A stretch of DNA of 52,167 bases from a virus (lineage: Duplodnaviria > Caudoviricetes), in IMG/VR virus record IMGVR_UViG_3300015245_000043, positions 1-52,167 of that record. One strand, given 5' to 3'. Both the position numbers and the translations under genes were made by a program. A model generated the notes under the pieces. The model was not told the origin of the DNA, did not search any database, and saw nothing but the letters and a program-made list of their open reading frames with translations. Below are positions 37,674 through 45,768 of this stretch, in pieces. Numbering within the stretch: the stretch's first letter is position 1; each line of letters begins with the position of its first letter.

Positions 37674-37861
37674 GTGTCGACCCCCCGTCGGCTTGCGGCT
37701 ATAGCACCATCTCGACACAAAGGGAAGTAGCGCGCCCCGTCGGGTAGGTGTAGCTTTCTGGCGGGACGCTTCGGTTGAGGCGTCGGCGACAACCTGTCGG
37801 CACACCCGACGGGTCGGCGCAGACCGGGCGGAGCGTCCCACCTGACCTGGAGATTGCGACC

Positions 37862-38119
37862 ATGAACGACGAGGGAAACTGCGCCGCCGTGCGCGCGGGC
37901 CGCTGCCCCGACTGCGGCGACGAGCAGATGATCGCCGGCCCTTGGGGCGGCGCTTCCCGCAACCTCTACTGCGCGGTTTGCCTAAGCGCCTGGTGCGCGC
38001 ATGGGATCAAGTACGGCGTGATCTCGGTGCAGCCGGTCGGCAAGATCACGCGCGACGTGATCGAATGGGCGAAGCGCGTCTACCACGACGAGCGATGGCA
38101 CGGCAGCAAACAGCGCTGA
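37862..38119 (+). CDS. Small zinc-ribbon protein
   Basis: CPDC...GP.GG...CAVC; starts directly after GGAGATTGCGACC. Confidence 0.7.
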   Translation: MNDEGNCAAVRAGRCPDCGDEQMIAGPWGGASRNLYCAVCLSAWCAHGIKYGVISVQPVGKITRDVIEWAKRVYHDERWHGSKQR

Positions 38120-38135
38120 CGCTTGGAGGAGATCG

Positions 38136-38393
38136 ATGGCCTACAGGCTACGTGAAACACGGATCATCGCATCGAGCGAGCTACGCGACGCCAACGGCAA
38201 GCGAGCAGAAGTTCTCACCTACGCCGTTCGCAAACTCGGCGACACCTGGCACTACAAGACCGCCGTCATCGGTTGGAAGGGCGAGGAAGGCCGCGCCTGG
38301 TTCGGCGAGTGGCCGGACCAGGAGGCGGCTGAGCGCGGCCACGACGACACCTGTCTCAAAATCCACAACGACCAGGGTGTCACGCTGCAATGA
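38136..38393 (+). CDS. Hypothetical protein
   Basis: GGAGG RBS; YKTAV..EAAERGH resembles the C-terminus of 40531-40989. Confidence 0.7.
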   Translation: MAYRLRETRIIASSELRDANGKRAEVLTYAVRKLGDTWHYKTAVIGWKGEEGRAWFGEWPDQEAAERGHDDTCLKIHNDQGVTLQ

Positions 38394-38599
38394 CGCCGGA
38401 GCGCTTCGAGTTCCTATTTAATTGGACGCTCGACGCCAGCGGCGCGCTCTGGCTCGGCATCGCCATCGGTAGAGGCTGGTGGTGGGGACCGCCACTCGGC
38501 TACATGATTGGCCGCTGGTCCGGCGTCCACTTCACCCGCTGGCTACGCCGCCGCCAGCACGACCATCTACAACGCATGATGCAGGAGCTATCGGAATGA
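38390..38599 (+). CDS. Small putative membrane protein
   Basis: Trp/Gly-rich hydrophobic segment; ATGA-coupled. Confidence 0.55.
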   Translation: MTPERFEFLFNWTLDASGALWLGIAIGRGWWWGPPLGYMIGRWSGVHFTRWLRRRQHDHLQRMMQELSE

Positions 38600-38964
38600 G
38601 ACGCTACGACCACGAGCCGAAGCCAGGTGCCTACGGCGTCTGCGAGCGCTGCGGCGATCCGGCGACGCACCCCGGCCCGTTTGAGCAGGCGAAGCCCGAA
38701 GATCGTCTCGGCGATGCCCCGGTGCAGGCCGACTACCAGAAAATGATGACCGCCATCATGCAAGGCATCGACGAGCTTCTAAATCCCGACAAGGAGACCA
38801 AGGGCCGCGCGACCGGCATCCTGATCATGATGTTCCCCTACGGCGACCACAGCGGGCGCTGCAATTATATGAGCAACGGCGCCGACCGGCGCGGTGTCGT
38901 GATCCTGATGAAAGAGATGATCGCGCGCTTCGAGGGTCAGCCGGACGTGACGGGACGCGCGTGA
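38596..38964 (+). CDS. Conserved phage hypothetical protein
   Basis: MFPYG..GRCNYMSNGADR motif; GGAG RBS. Confidence 0.7.
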   Translation: MRRYDHEPKPGAYGVCERCGDPATHPGPFEQAKPEDRLGDAPVQADYQKMMTAIMQGIDELLNPDKETKGRATGILIMMFPYGDHSGRCNYMSNGADRRGVVILMKEMIARFEGQPDVTGRA

Positions 38965-39287
38965 TCTACGTCCTCGAAACCGGCGGCCGGATCGGCATGA
39001 TGCTGCGCCCGCCGATCGCGCCCAACGAGCTAGGCGAGCTATTCCCCGAAGCCTATCCGGGTTGGACCTTGCTGACCTGCCAGGTGATCGAGCTTGCCGG
39101 CCAGCGCTTTCAGATGTTCTACCGCGCCGGCCACGACGGCGAGGTCAATCAGGCGGCATCACAGATCAATCGATCGTGCGGCGACGAGGAATGTATTCAC
39201 GGCACGGTGATCATGCTATCCGGCCCGCACCTGTTCGACGATGACGTGATCGATAAATTCAGCGACCAGGATTGGGGCAACGCATGA
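38961..39287 (+). CDS. Hypothetical protein (DUF3846-like)
   Basis: VNQAAS...IHGTVIML pattern. Confidence 0.55.
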   Translation: MIYVLETGGRIGMMLRPPIAPNELGELFPEAYPGWTLLTCQVIELAGQRFQMFYRAGHDGEVNQAASQINRSCGDEECIHGTVIMLSGPHLFDDDVIDKFSDQDWGNA

Positions 39288-39481
39288 TCGACGACAAGAC
39301 CAGAGCGCTGATCACGGAGCTTAACGACCTGTTCGCGAACGAATGCGATCTCGACGATGCCGACGACGCCTTCCGCGCGGCGTTCGCCTGCGTCGCCGTT
39401 GCCCGCACGATCGTAACCGAGATGGTCGGCGGCGAGCGCGCGAAGGTCTGGTTCCAGGCGGTGACGGATCGCGTCGCATGA
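39284..39481 (+). CDS. Hypothetical protein
   Basis: ATGA-coupled ORF in the gene chain. Confidence 0.6.
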   Translation: MIDDKTRALITELNDLFANECDLDDADDAFRAAFACVAVARTIVTEMVGGERAKVWFQAVTDRVA

Positions 39482-39687
39482 AAGTCCGCACCTTCACGCC
39501 AGCCAAAGGCCCGGAGACCGAAGCGATGCTCGACAAGATGTTCGCCGACACCGCCGGCATGATCGTGATCGCGTTGAAGCCCGACGATCTCGTGCAATGC
39601 GTCGCGCTCGACATGGACAGCAGGCAGGCCGCCGAAGTCCTCTACGAGTGCGCGCTGATGTTCAAGAAGGCGAGCAAGGCGTCATGA
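39478..39687 (+). CDS. Hypothetical protein
   Basis: ATGA-coupled ORF in the gene chain. Confidence 0.6.
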   Translation: MKVRTFTPAKGPETEAMLDKMFADTAGMIVIALKPDDLVQCVALDMDSRQAAEVLYECALMFKKASKAS

Positions 39688-39923
39688 CGGATGCCAAGAA
39701 GCGCCCGCTGCAATTGGAGGAGATCGCCGCCGGCCGCCGGATCGAGCAATTCGTGCGCGATCGGCTCGACGCCGGCATGGTGTTGACCATCGTCGTGCTG
39801 ACGCCGGACGGCGAAAGAGCGAGCATCCACATGGCCTGCAACCCGCCGATGGAGCCGGACGCCAAGGCCGTCATGGATGCCGTGCTGACGGCGTTGAAGG
39901 CGGCGCGCGAGGACATGGGATGA
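39684..39923 (+). CDS. Hypothetical protein
   Basis: ATGA-coupled ORF in the gene chain. Confidence 0.6.
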   Translation: MTDAKKRPLQLEEIAAGRRIEQFVRDRLDAGMVLTIVVLTPDGERASIHMACNPPMEPDAKAVMDAVLTALKAAREDMG

Positions 39924-40534
39924 TCGAAGAAGTCCTCCATCCGACGCTGACCAAGCTGGCCGATGTCGAGCCGCTGCGCGCCTGCGGCTCCTGCTCGCTG
40001 TGCTGCAAGCTGGTGCCGGTTGCATCACCGCAAGTCGTGAAGGATGCCGGCGTCTGGTGCGACCATTGTACCAAGCCCGGTTGCGCGATCTACGCGACAC
40101 GGCCGATGCCGTGCCGGGTCTGGTCCTGCTGCTGGCTGCTCGATGCCAACCTGTCGGAGGTCGACGCGCTGGAGCCGCGCAAATGTCACGTCGTCATCGA
40201 TCCGGTCTGCGACGAGGTCATCTTCCGCTCGAATTCGACCGGCGAGGAGCAAATCGAGACGGTCGTGCAGATGTGGTGCGATCCGGCCTACCCCGGCGCC
40301 TGGCGCTCGCCCGCCGTGCGCGCCGCGATCGACTACTACGGCAAGCGCATGAAGATGGCGACGATCATTCGGTTCAACAACAAGACCGGCTTCCTGGTGC
40401 GCCCGCCGTCGCTGTCGCCGACCGGCACCTGGGAGGAGAGCGAGCAGGCGGCACCGATCGACCGCAACGAAATGAGGGACAAATTGAAAGCGCTCGACGG
40501 CGGCGACCACGTCTACGGCGAGGCACACCGATGA
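39920..40534 (+). CDS. YkgJ-like CxxCxxCC cysteine-cluster (Fe-S or Zn) protein
   Basis: CGSCSLCCK, WCDHC, CAIYATRPMPCRVWSC. Confidence 0.8.
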   Translation: MIEEVLHPTLTKLADVEPLRACGSCSLCCKLVPVASPQVVKDAGVWCDHCTKPGCAIYATRPMPCRVWSCCWLLDANLSEVDALEPRKCHVVIDPVCDEVIFRSNSTGEEQIETVVQMWCDPAYPGAWRSPAVRAAIDYYGKRMKMATIIRFNNKTGFLVRPPSLSPTGTWEESEQAAPIDRNEMRDKLKALDGGDHVYGEAHR

Positions 40535-40989
40535 TCCGCCGCCCCGGCAACCGGCCGCTGTTCTACATCCTGCGCGACCACAAGGCGCTGCCGACCGATG
40601 ACGTGATCAAGTGGGGCCGGATGCTGGAGGACACGAAGGCGCGCACGGTCGCCTGGACGCTCTTTAATAATTCTGAGCCTTGGATCACGCTCGACCGCCA
40701 GAAGATGCTCGACCGCGAGGCAGCGCGGGTCGAGCTTGGCTTGCGTCCGCACGACATCGAGCAGCTTCGCACGCACTACGCCCGCATCATGGTCTCGACC
40801 GTGTTCCTGGGGCTAGATCACCGATGGGACAGCGGTCCGCCGCTGCTGTTCGAGAGCATGTGCTTCAACGGTCCCTTGGATGAAGCGCAGGAGCGCTACA
40901 CGACCTGGGAGCAGGCGAAGAAGGGTCACAGTGAAATGGTCGAGGCAGTCAAGAACGCGATGGTCGAGGAGGCGGTGAAGGCGCGATGA
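40531..40989 (+). CDS. Conserved phage hypothetical protein
   Basis: VSTVFLGLDH..PPLLFESM.F..RYTTWEQAKKGH motif. Confidence 0.75.
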   Translation: MIRRPGNRPLFYILRDHKALPTDDVIKWGRMLEDTKARTVAWTLFNNSEPWITLDRQKMLDREAARVELGLRPHDIEQLRTHYARIMVSTVFLGLDHRWDSGPPLLFESMCFNGPLDEAQERYTTWEQAKKGHSEMVEAVKNAMVEEAVKAR

Positions 40990-41210
40990 AGAAACAACCG
41001 GGCATGAAGGCACTGGCGCGGCGCCTGCGGACCGCCCGCATCGAAGCCGGGATCGAGACCAGCGAGGCGGCGGCCAGGATGATTGGGGTGAGGAGTGGTG
41101 TCTACTATCGCCACGAGAACGCGCAGTCGATGCCGACGATCACGCACGCGGCGAAGTACGCCAAGGCGTTCGGGGTGTCGGCGTGCTGGCTGGCATTCGG
41201 CCTGTCATGA
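40986..41210 (+). CDS. XRE-family HTH protein
   Basis: RLRTARIEAG..AAARMIGV..YYRHEN..AKAFGVSACWL. Confidence 0.85.
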   Translation: MKKQPGMKALARRLRTARIEAGIETSEAAARMIGVRSGVYYRHENAQSMPTITHAAKYAKAFGVSACWLAFGLS

Positions 41211-41404
41211 TCACCTTGAAGGTCAAGCCGTCCTGGTCGATCCGCGCCGCCAAGCTGTTCGCGCCCGGCAGCGAGATCGTGCTGATCCGCTTCGCCGACG
41301 ACTTCGAGAGCGTCGAGATCGTACATGACAACAGGATGTCGTCGCGCGCCCTGCTCGAAGCGGCGCAAATGGCACTGGCTCGCGTGATAGGGAGAGTGTC
41401 GTGA
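41207..41404 (+). CDS. Hypothetical protein
   Basis: ATGA-coupled ORF. Confidence 0.55.
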   Translation: MITLKVKPSWSIRAAKLFAPGSEIVLIRFADDFESVEIVHDNRMSSRALLEAAQMALARVIGRVS

Positions 41405-41628
41405 GCAAGAAGATGGTCGTGAAGGTGCAGACGCCGATCGTCAGCAACGCACCGAACCCGCCGGCGATGGTCTACGACCAGACGCGCAAGTTCCAGATGT
41501 TCATCGAGAAGAAAGACCTGCCCGACTGGAATTGGATCGTCGAGCGCGGCGGCAAGGCGTTCTACCTGGCGAGGATCAGCGACGACGGGATCACGCTGAT
41601 CCGGCGCGTCAGCGACCGCACATGGTGA
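41401..41628 (+). CDS. Hypothetical protein
   Basis: VVKVQTP..MVYDQTR..KAFY.A motif; GGGAG RBS. Confidence 0.65.
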   Translation: MSKKMVVKVQTPIVSNAPNPPAMVYDQTRKFQMFIEKKDLPDWNWIVERGGKAFYLARISDDGITLIRRVSDRTW

Positions 41629-42257
41629 AGCAGCCGGGCAATAGCAGCGGCCGGATCGCCAACAAGCGAAAGCCGTTCGGCGCGCACGGCATCGATGATG
41701 CCATCGACGAGGGAGCCAGGATCAACCAGCGTCATCCCGGCTCGCTGCGCGCGACGCGGCGGGCGATCGAGAAGCTGTTGAAGAAGCTGCGGCGGCTTCA
41801 AGAGCATTGAGCGCTCGCACGACCAGGGCGGCATTCTCCTCGCTGTAGCAGACGGCAACGCGGTGCCGGCCGTAGATGTTATCCGGTTTTTCGCGATCAC
41901 CGATGTCCCATATTTCCGGCGGCAGCGACTTGAAGCTGACGCCGCCCTCGTGGCGATGACTGTAGTAACGGTCCATGTCGGCCTCCTCACAATCGATCAG
42001 ACGATAAGGCTGTTACTCGCCAGTGTGCAATAGGATTGAAAGCCTGCGTGGAATTTTTCTCGGTCAACCATATAACCAATCAGCACGCGCGTTCGGGGTG
42101 ACCGGGGTGGGCGGGTTGCGAGCGCCGGCCACGACACGGCGCGGCCGGCGCGCAGCGCGCTGCCTGCGCGCCCCTGCCCGCCAAGGAGGAGGCAGCGCCG
42201 CCCCTCCCTCACTGTGACAGTGCGGCGCTGGATTGCGTTCCTAGTGGGATCAACGGG

Positions 42258-42797
42258 TTAGCTCAGCGGATCGGGCGCTAGTGTCCGCTCCCATGCCTCT
42301 AGTCTGGCCTGACCGACGGCGGCAAGGCGCTCTAGCTCGCTCCTCGACATCTCTGCTAGTGCCTTGCCGGGTTGCGGCGCGCCAGGCGCGAACGCTCCCG
42401 CTTCTGGTGTCCCGGTGAGGTAGTAGCCGGCAAGCTCAGCAGCAAACCGCGTCGCCTGCACCAATTCGCGGAGCTTAGCATCGGGCCGCGCCATTTCCTC
42501 ACGAATGCGGAACAGCCCGAAGGGAACAAGCTGCGCCGCAGCGTAGGCGCGCTGTAGCTCGATGACGGCGGCAGCGAAGATCGGTTCCCGCAGCCATCGC
42601 CTGACGGTCTCGACATCGAGCGCCAGGCGCCGCGCGATCTGCGAAGCCCACAACCCATGATAGACCATCAGTTCAACCGCCCCTAGCTGTGCGTCCGTCA
42701 GGCGGTCGAGCGCTCGCAAGTCGCCAGCACCAGGCCCAACCCCGCGCCGGTTCGCCGCAGCCACTCGCCGCAGCGCCAGCCCTGTGTGATCCGTCAT
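42258..42797 (-). CDS. Putative terminase small subunit (HTH)
   Basis: LTDAQ..IARRL..ETVRRWLREP HTH and C-terminal LAEMSRSELE; GGAGGAGG RBS. Confidence 0.6.
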   Translation of the reverse strand: MTDHTGLALRRVAAANRRGVGPGAGDLRALDRLTDAQLGAVELMVYHGLWASQIARRLALDVETVRRWLREPIFAAAVIELQRAYAAAQLVPFGLFRIREEMARPDAKLRELVQATRFAAELAGYYLTGTPEAGAFAPGAPQPGKALAEMSRSELERLAAVGQARLEAWERTLAPDPLS

Positions 42798-43068
42798 CGC
42801 CGGTCCCTCCTCCGCACTGGCTTACTGCCGGCCGCAGGTCGACTGCAAGCGTTCTCGTCTGTTCTAGGGGTGTGACACTTCGGAGCAAAACTAGTTCCCC
42901 TATGAGAGCGCTATATACTCCGCCGCCGCCGCCAAGCCAGCATCAGGTCAGCACCAGATCAGACACAGATAGTAGCCCTACACGGGATTGGTTTAGCAAA
43001 CACTGTCACACCCCTTTTCGAGGTTTTCTGCCGTTTTCTTGCTTCCACACTACTGAGTAAATCCGTTG

Positions 43069-43098
43069 TTGATTTCTTATTACTCACTCGTGTAAGGT
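43069..43098 (+). promoter_or_regulatory. Putative sigma70-type early promoter
   Basis: TTGATT-18-TAAGGT in an AT-rich gap upstream of the early gene block. Confidence 0.5.
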
Positions 43099-43152
43099 GT
43101 CGGTTGCCCGTCGACACGGCGGGCGACACTTAACCGACAGGAGATTGCGACC

Positions 43153-43320
43153 ATGTCCAAGAAGGATTTCCAGCTAATCGCCGAGACGCTGCGCGCTCGC
43201 GGCGCTCAGCACCCCATCGCCGTCGCGACCATCGCTCGCGACTTCGCCGACGCTCTCAGGGCGACTAACAGCCGCTTTGACCGCGCCCGCTTCCTTGCTG
43301 CCTGCGGCGTGTCGGAGTAG
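43153..43320 (+). CDS. Conserved small early phage protein, 55 aa (absent from the ORF track)
   Basis: MSKKDFQLIAETL...FADALRATNSRFDRARFLAACG; AGGAG RBS. Confidence 0.8.
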   Translation: MSKKDFQLIAETLRARGAQHPIAVATIARDFADALRATNSRFDRARFLAACGVSE

Positions 43321-43325
43321 GGCCG

Positions 43326-43460
43326 ATGAACTACGCCGCTCAGCTACTCGTGGCCGTCGCCTTGACCTTCATCGCGACCGCCTGCATCAGCGCTCCCGCT
43401 GCCATCGTGCAGACCGTGACCGCTGCCATTGAGGAGGTCGCACCCCATGCGTCACGGTAA
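43326..43460 (+). CDS. Small hydrophobic protein, 44 aa
   Basis: MNYAAQLLVAVALTFIATAC; fills the gap between neighbours. Confidence 0.45.
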   Translation: MNYAAQLLVAVALTFIATACISAPAAIVQTVTAAIEEVAPHASR

Positions 43461-43713
43461 CGCCCTGATGATCTCCGACGGCGCCAGCAATCCTGCTGGC
43501 GTCGCGCGGGCGCTGGTCGACGCGATCGACGAATGCAGGAAGGAGACACCTTACCGCGATCCGCGCGGCGATCCTGCCGTGATGCTGATCACGCACCAGC
43601 TAGCGTTCCTGCTCAGCCTGCCAACCTGCGAACGGCTCGACGATTGGGATACCTGGCGCAAGCTCTGCCGGGCGCATGTCGACGCCGCAACGGCCGGGAG
43701 GGTTGCAGCATGA
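43447..43713 (+). CDS. Hypothetical early protein
   Basis: GAGGAGG RBS; GASNPAGVA..DPAV.LI..QLAFL. Confidence 0.7.
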   Translation: MRHGNALMISDGASNPAGVARALVDAIDECRKETPYRDPRGDPAVMLITHQLAFLLSLPTCERLDDWDTWRKLCRAHVDAATAGRVAA

Positions 43714-43976
43714 CGACACCAGACGAGTATTGGCGCCGGCCCTATCGGGCGCGCGTCGAGACTTCGCACTTTAGCGGCACCTTCACTTTCGACAACGAAG
43801 CCGACGCCGTCGACTACCTGCACCAGCAATTCGCCCGCGTGCGCCGGATCATTCGCAACGGCGAGTACGGGACATCCTGGGTTAACTTCGACTGCTACCG
43901 CTCCTACATCGAAGGCCCGGCCGGGCGCGTCGCCGCTCGCTACGTGCTGTTCGTCGACAAGCTCGAAAGCCATTGA
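43710..43976 (+). CDS. Hypothetical early protein
   Basis: GGAGGG RBS; ATGA-coupled. Confidence 0.65.
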   Translation: MTTPDEYWRRPYRARVETSHFSGTFTFDNEADAVDYLHQQFARVRRIIRNGEYGTSWVNFDCYRSYIEGPAGRVAARYVLFVDKLESH

Positions 43977-43977
43977 A

Positions 43978-44043
43978 GGTCGAAACGGGGTGTTAGCTCT
44001 GCTAACATCCTGTCGCGGCGTGACGCGCCGCCTGATGATGACC
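43978..44043 (+). ncRNA. Type II hammerhead ribozyme 1 (predicted cleavage after GUC, 44014)
   Basis: GGTC-GAAAC-[GGGGTGTTAGC tct GCTAACATCCT]-GTC-[GCGGCG tgacg CGCCGC]-CTGATGA-t-GACC: complete catalytic core and three stems. Confidence 0.88.
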
Positions 44044-44064
44044 ACACCAAGGAGATTGCGACCA

Positions 44065-44418
44065 ATGGCAACGACACGTACTGACCGCCGGACCTATGCC
44101 GGCACTGACTTTCGCGGCTGGTTCCGCCGCAAGCTCAAAGACAGCGCGGGAGACATCGCCCGGCATGGCGCCGACGCGGGCTATCCTCACATCACCTACA
44201 CCAGCGACACCGTGAAAATCTTCGATCGCTTCGGCGCCGAGATTTGGACGATGGCAGTCGAGGACGCGGAAAGCATGGGATGCAAGAACGTCGCCGAGAT
44301 GATCGCCGGCTTCGGCCGCGCCGACATGCTCGCGGACTTCGACCAATTCAAGAACCTGATGGTGTGGTACGCCTGCGAGAAGGTCGCACACGAGATGGAG
44401 GACGGCGACAATGCCTGA
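44065..44418 (+). CDS. Early protein, possibly Ocr-like
   Basis: DIARHGADAGYPHITYTSDT...FKNLMVWYACE; acidic C-terminus; AGGAG RBS. Confidence 0.7.
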   Translation: MATTRTDRRTYAGTDFRGWFRRKLKDSAGDIARHGADAGYPHITYTSDTVKIFDRFGAEIWTMAVEDAESMGCKNVAEMIAGFGRADMLADFDQFKNLMVWYACEKVAHEMEDGDNA

Positions 44419-44839
44419 ATTCATTCTCGACACTGGCAACGAAGCGGGAGCGGCGGCGTTCGCCGCTCTCGACGAATTCACGCGCGGCTATGTGACCTGC
44501 ATGTTCTTTACTTCGACAGGATCGGGCGACGATGACGATCTAGAGCATGCGACACTGGCAGAGCTAGCGCCGGAGACCTGGACACGGATCGAGACCGATT
44601 GCGCGGCGTTCCAGTTCATCGCGCCACACATGCTGACGATGGCATGCGAGCGCGACGGCTACAACGCCGGTCGCGCTGGTCATGACTTCTGGCTGACGCG
44701 CAACGGACACGGCGCCGGCTTTTGGGATCGTGACGAGCTAGAGGCGAGCGACCTGGGCGACAAACTCTCGACCATCGCCCGCCGCTTCGGCTCCTGCGAC
44801 CTGTATCGCGGCGATGATAACAACCTGTACCTGGCATAG
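44411..44839 (+). CDS. Conserved acidic early phage protein
   Basis: AGHDFWLTRNGHGAGFWDR motif; GGAGG RBS. Confidence 0.8.
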   Translation: MPEFILDTGNEAGAAAFAALDEFTRGYVTCMFFTSTGSGDDDDLEHATLAELAPETWTRIETDCAAFQFIAPHMLTMACERDGYNAGRAGHDFWLTRNGHGAGFWDRDELEASDLGDKLSTIARRFGSCDLYRGDDNNLYLA

Positions 44840-44851
44840 GAGATTGCGACC

Positions 44852-45313
44852 ATGACTGACGTTCAACAATACACGCACTACGACGCGCCGACGCGGGCGC
44901 AGACCGTGACGATACAATGGGAGCGCGTCGAGGCGCGCGACGATAGCGGCGACACCCCGGAGGAGCGTGACGAAGGCTTCTGGCCGTCCCTCGACAAGGA
45001 CAAGGCTGGCTATGTCGGGGAGGAGAATGCGGCCCGCTTCGATGAACTTTGCGAGGCGGCCGACGCGCGCTTCAAGGGTTGGCGCGATGGCGACTGGTAC
45101 TTTATCGGCGTCGCCGCGCGGGCGCATATCAGCATCCCCATCGGCAGCGGATCGTTCCGCACCATCACTATCGATAGCGGCGGCTTGTGGGGGATCGAGA
45201 GCGACGCAGGCGACTACCTCGACGAGGTATTCGAGGAGGAGAAGGCCAGCCTGCTCGCTGAGCTTGCCACGCTTGGCAAGTGGGCGGCTGAGCAGAAAGG
45301 AGAAGTGACGTGA
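44852..45313 (+). CDS. Conserved acidic early phage protein
   Basis: W.DGDWYFIGV..GLWGIESD motif; AGGAG RBS. Confidence 0.8.
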   Translation: MTDVQQYTHYDAPTRAQTVTIQWERVEARDDSGDTPEERDEGFWPSLDKDKAGYVGEENAARFDELCEAADARFKGWRDGDWYFIGVAARAHISIPIGSGSFRTITIDSGGLWGIESDAGDYLDEVFEEEKASLLAELATLGKWAAEQKGEVT

Positions 45314-45564
45314 ATAAGGAGCGACGCGAGCGCCTGCGGAAGGCGATGGCTGCGATCAACGAAGCGCTGGCGGGACAGATCGAGGAGGTCACCGCCGTCG
45401 CCGACGAGGAGCAGGAGGCATTCGACGGCATGCCCGAAGGTCTACAGGCCGGCGAGAAGGGTCAGAAGATGGAGGAGGTCGCGACGCAGCTACGCGACGC
45501 TGCGGAGGCTCTAGAGCAGGCCCGCGACGATCTTGACACGGCGGTCACGGAGGCATGCGAATGA
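45310..45564 (+). CDS. Conserved acidic helical phage protein
   Basis: MNKERR..EEQEAFDGMPEGLQAGEKG motif. Confidence 0.8.
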   Translation: MNKERRERLRKAMAAINEALAGQIEEVTAVADEEQEAFDGMPEGLQAGEKGQKMEEVATQLRDAAEALEQARDDLDTAVTEACE

Positions 45565-45674
45565 GCGGCCACTTCAACGGCATGCGGAAGATCGACCGCC
45601 CGCTCTACACCTGGGCGCGCGTGATCGCCGTCGCCCTCGGCTTCCTTCTGATCTACTGGCTGACGAGCAGATAG
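45561..45674 (+). CDS. Small single-pass membrane protein, 37 aa (absent from the ORF track)
   Basis: MSGHFNGMRKIDRPLYTWARVIAVALGFLLIYWLTSR; GGAGG RBS, ATGA-coupled. Confidence 0.6.
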   Translation: MSGHFNGMRKIDRPLYTWARVIAVALGFLLIYWLTSR

Positions 45675-45732
45675 GTCGAAACGCGCGCCAGGAGGTCGCG
45701 CGTAGCACCGTGATGCGGTGCCTGACGAGACC
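45674..45732 (+). ncRNA. Type II hammerhead ribozyme 2 (predicted cleavage after GUA, 45704)
   Basis: GGTC-GAAAC-[GCGCG..CGCGC]-GTA-[GCACCG tgatg CGGTGC]-CTGACGA-GACC: complete core and three stems. Confidence 0.88.
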
Positions 45733-45768
45733 GGCGAGCGAGAGCGAGCCAGACCAGGGAGACCGACG

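Noticed and set aside
14836-37730. Many long plus-strand ORFs opposite the virion genes (e.g. 25099-26412, 30899-32284)
   Set aside because: Antisense shadows of high-GC coding frames with no motifs or RBS.
45660-45666. Third hammerhead core (CTGACGA)
   Set aside because: It lies inside the 37-aa ORF and I could not build a convincing stem I and stem II around it; the 45722 core fits much better.
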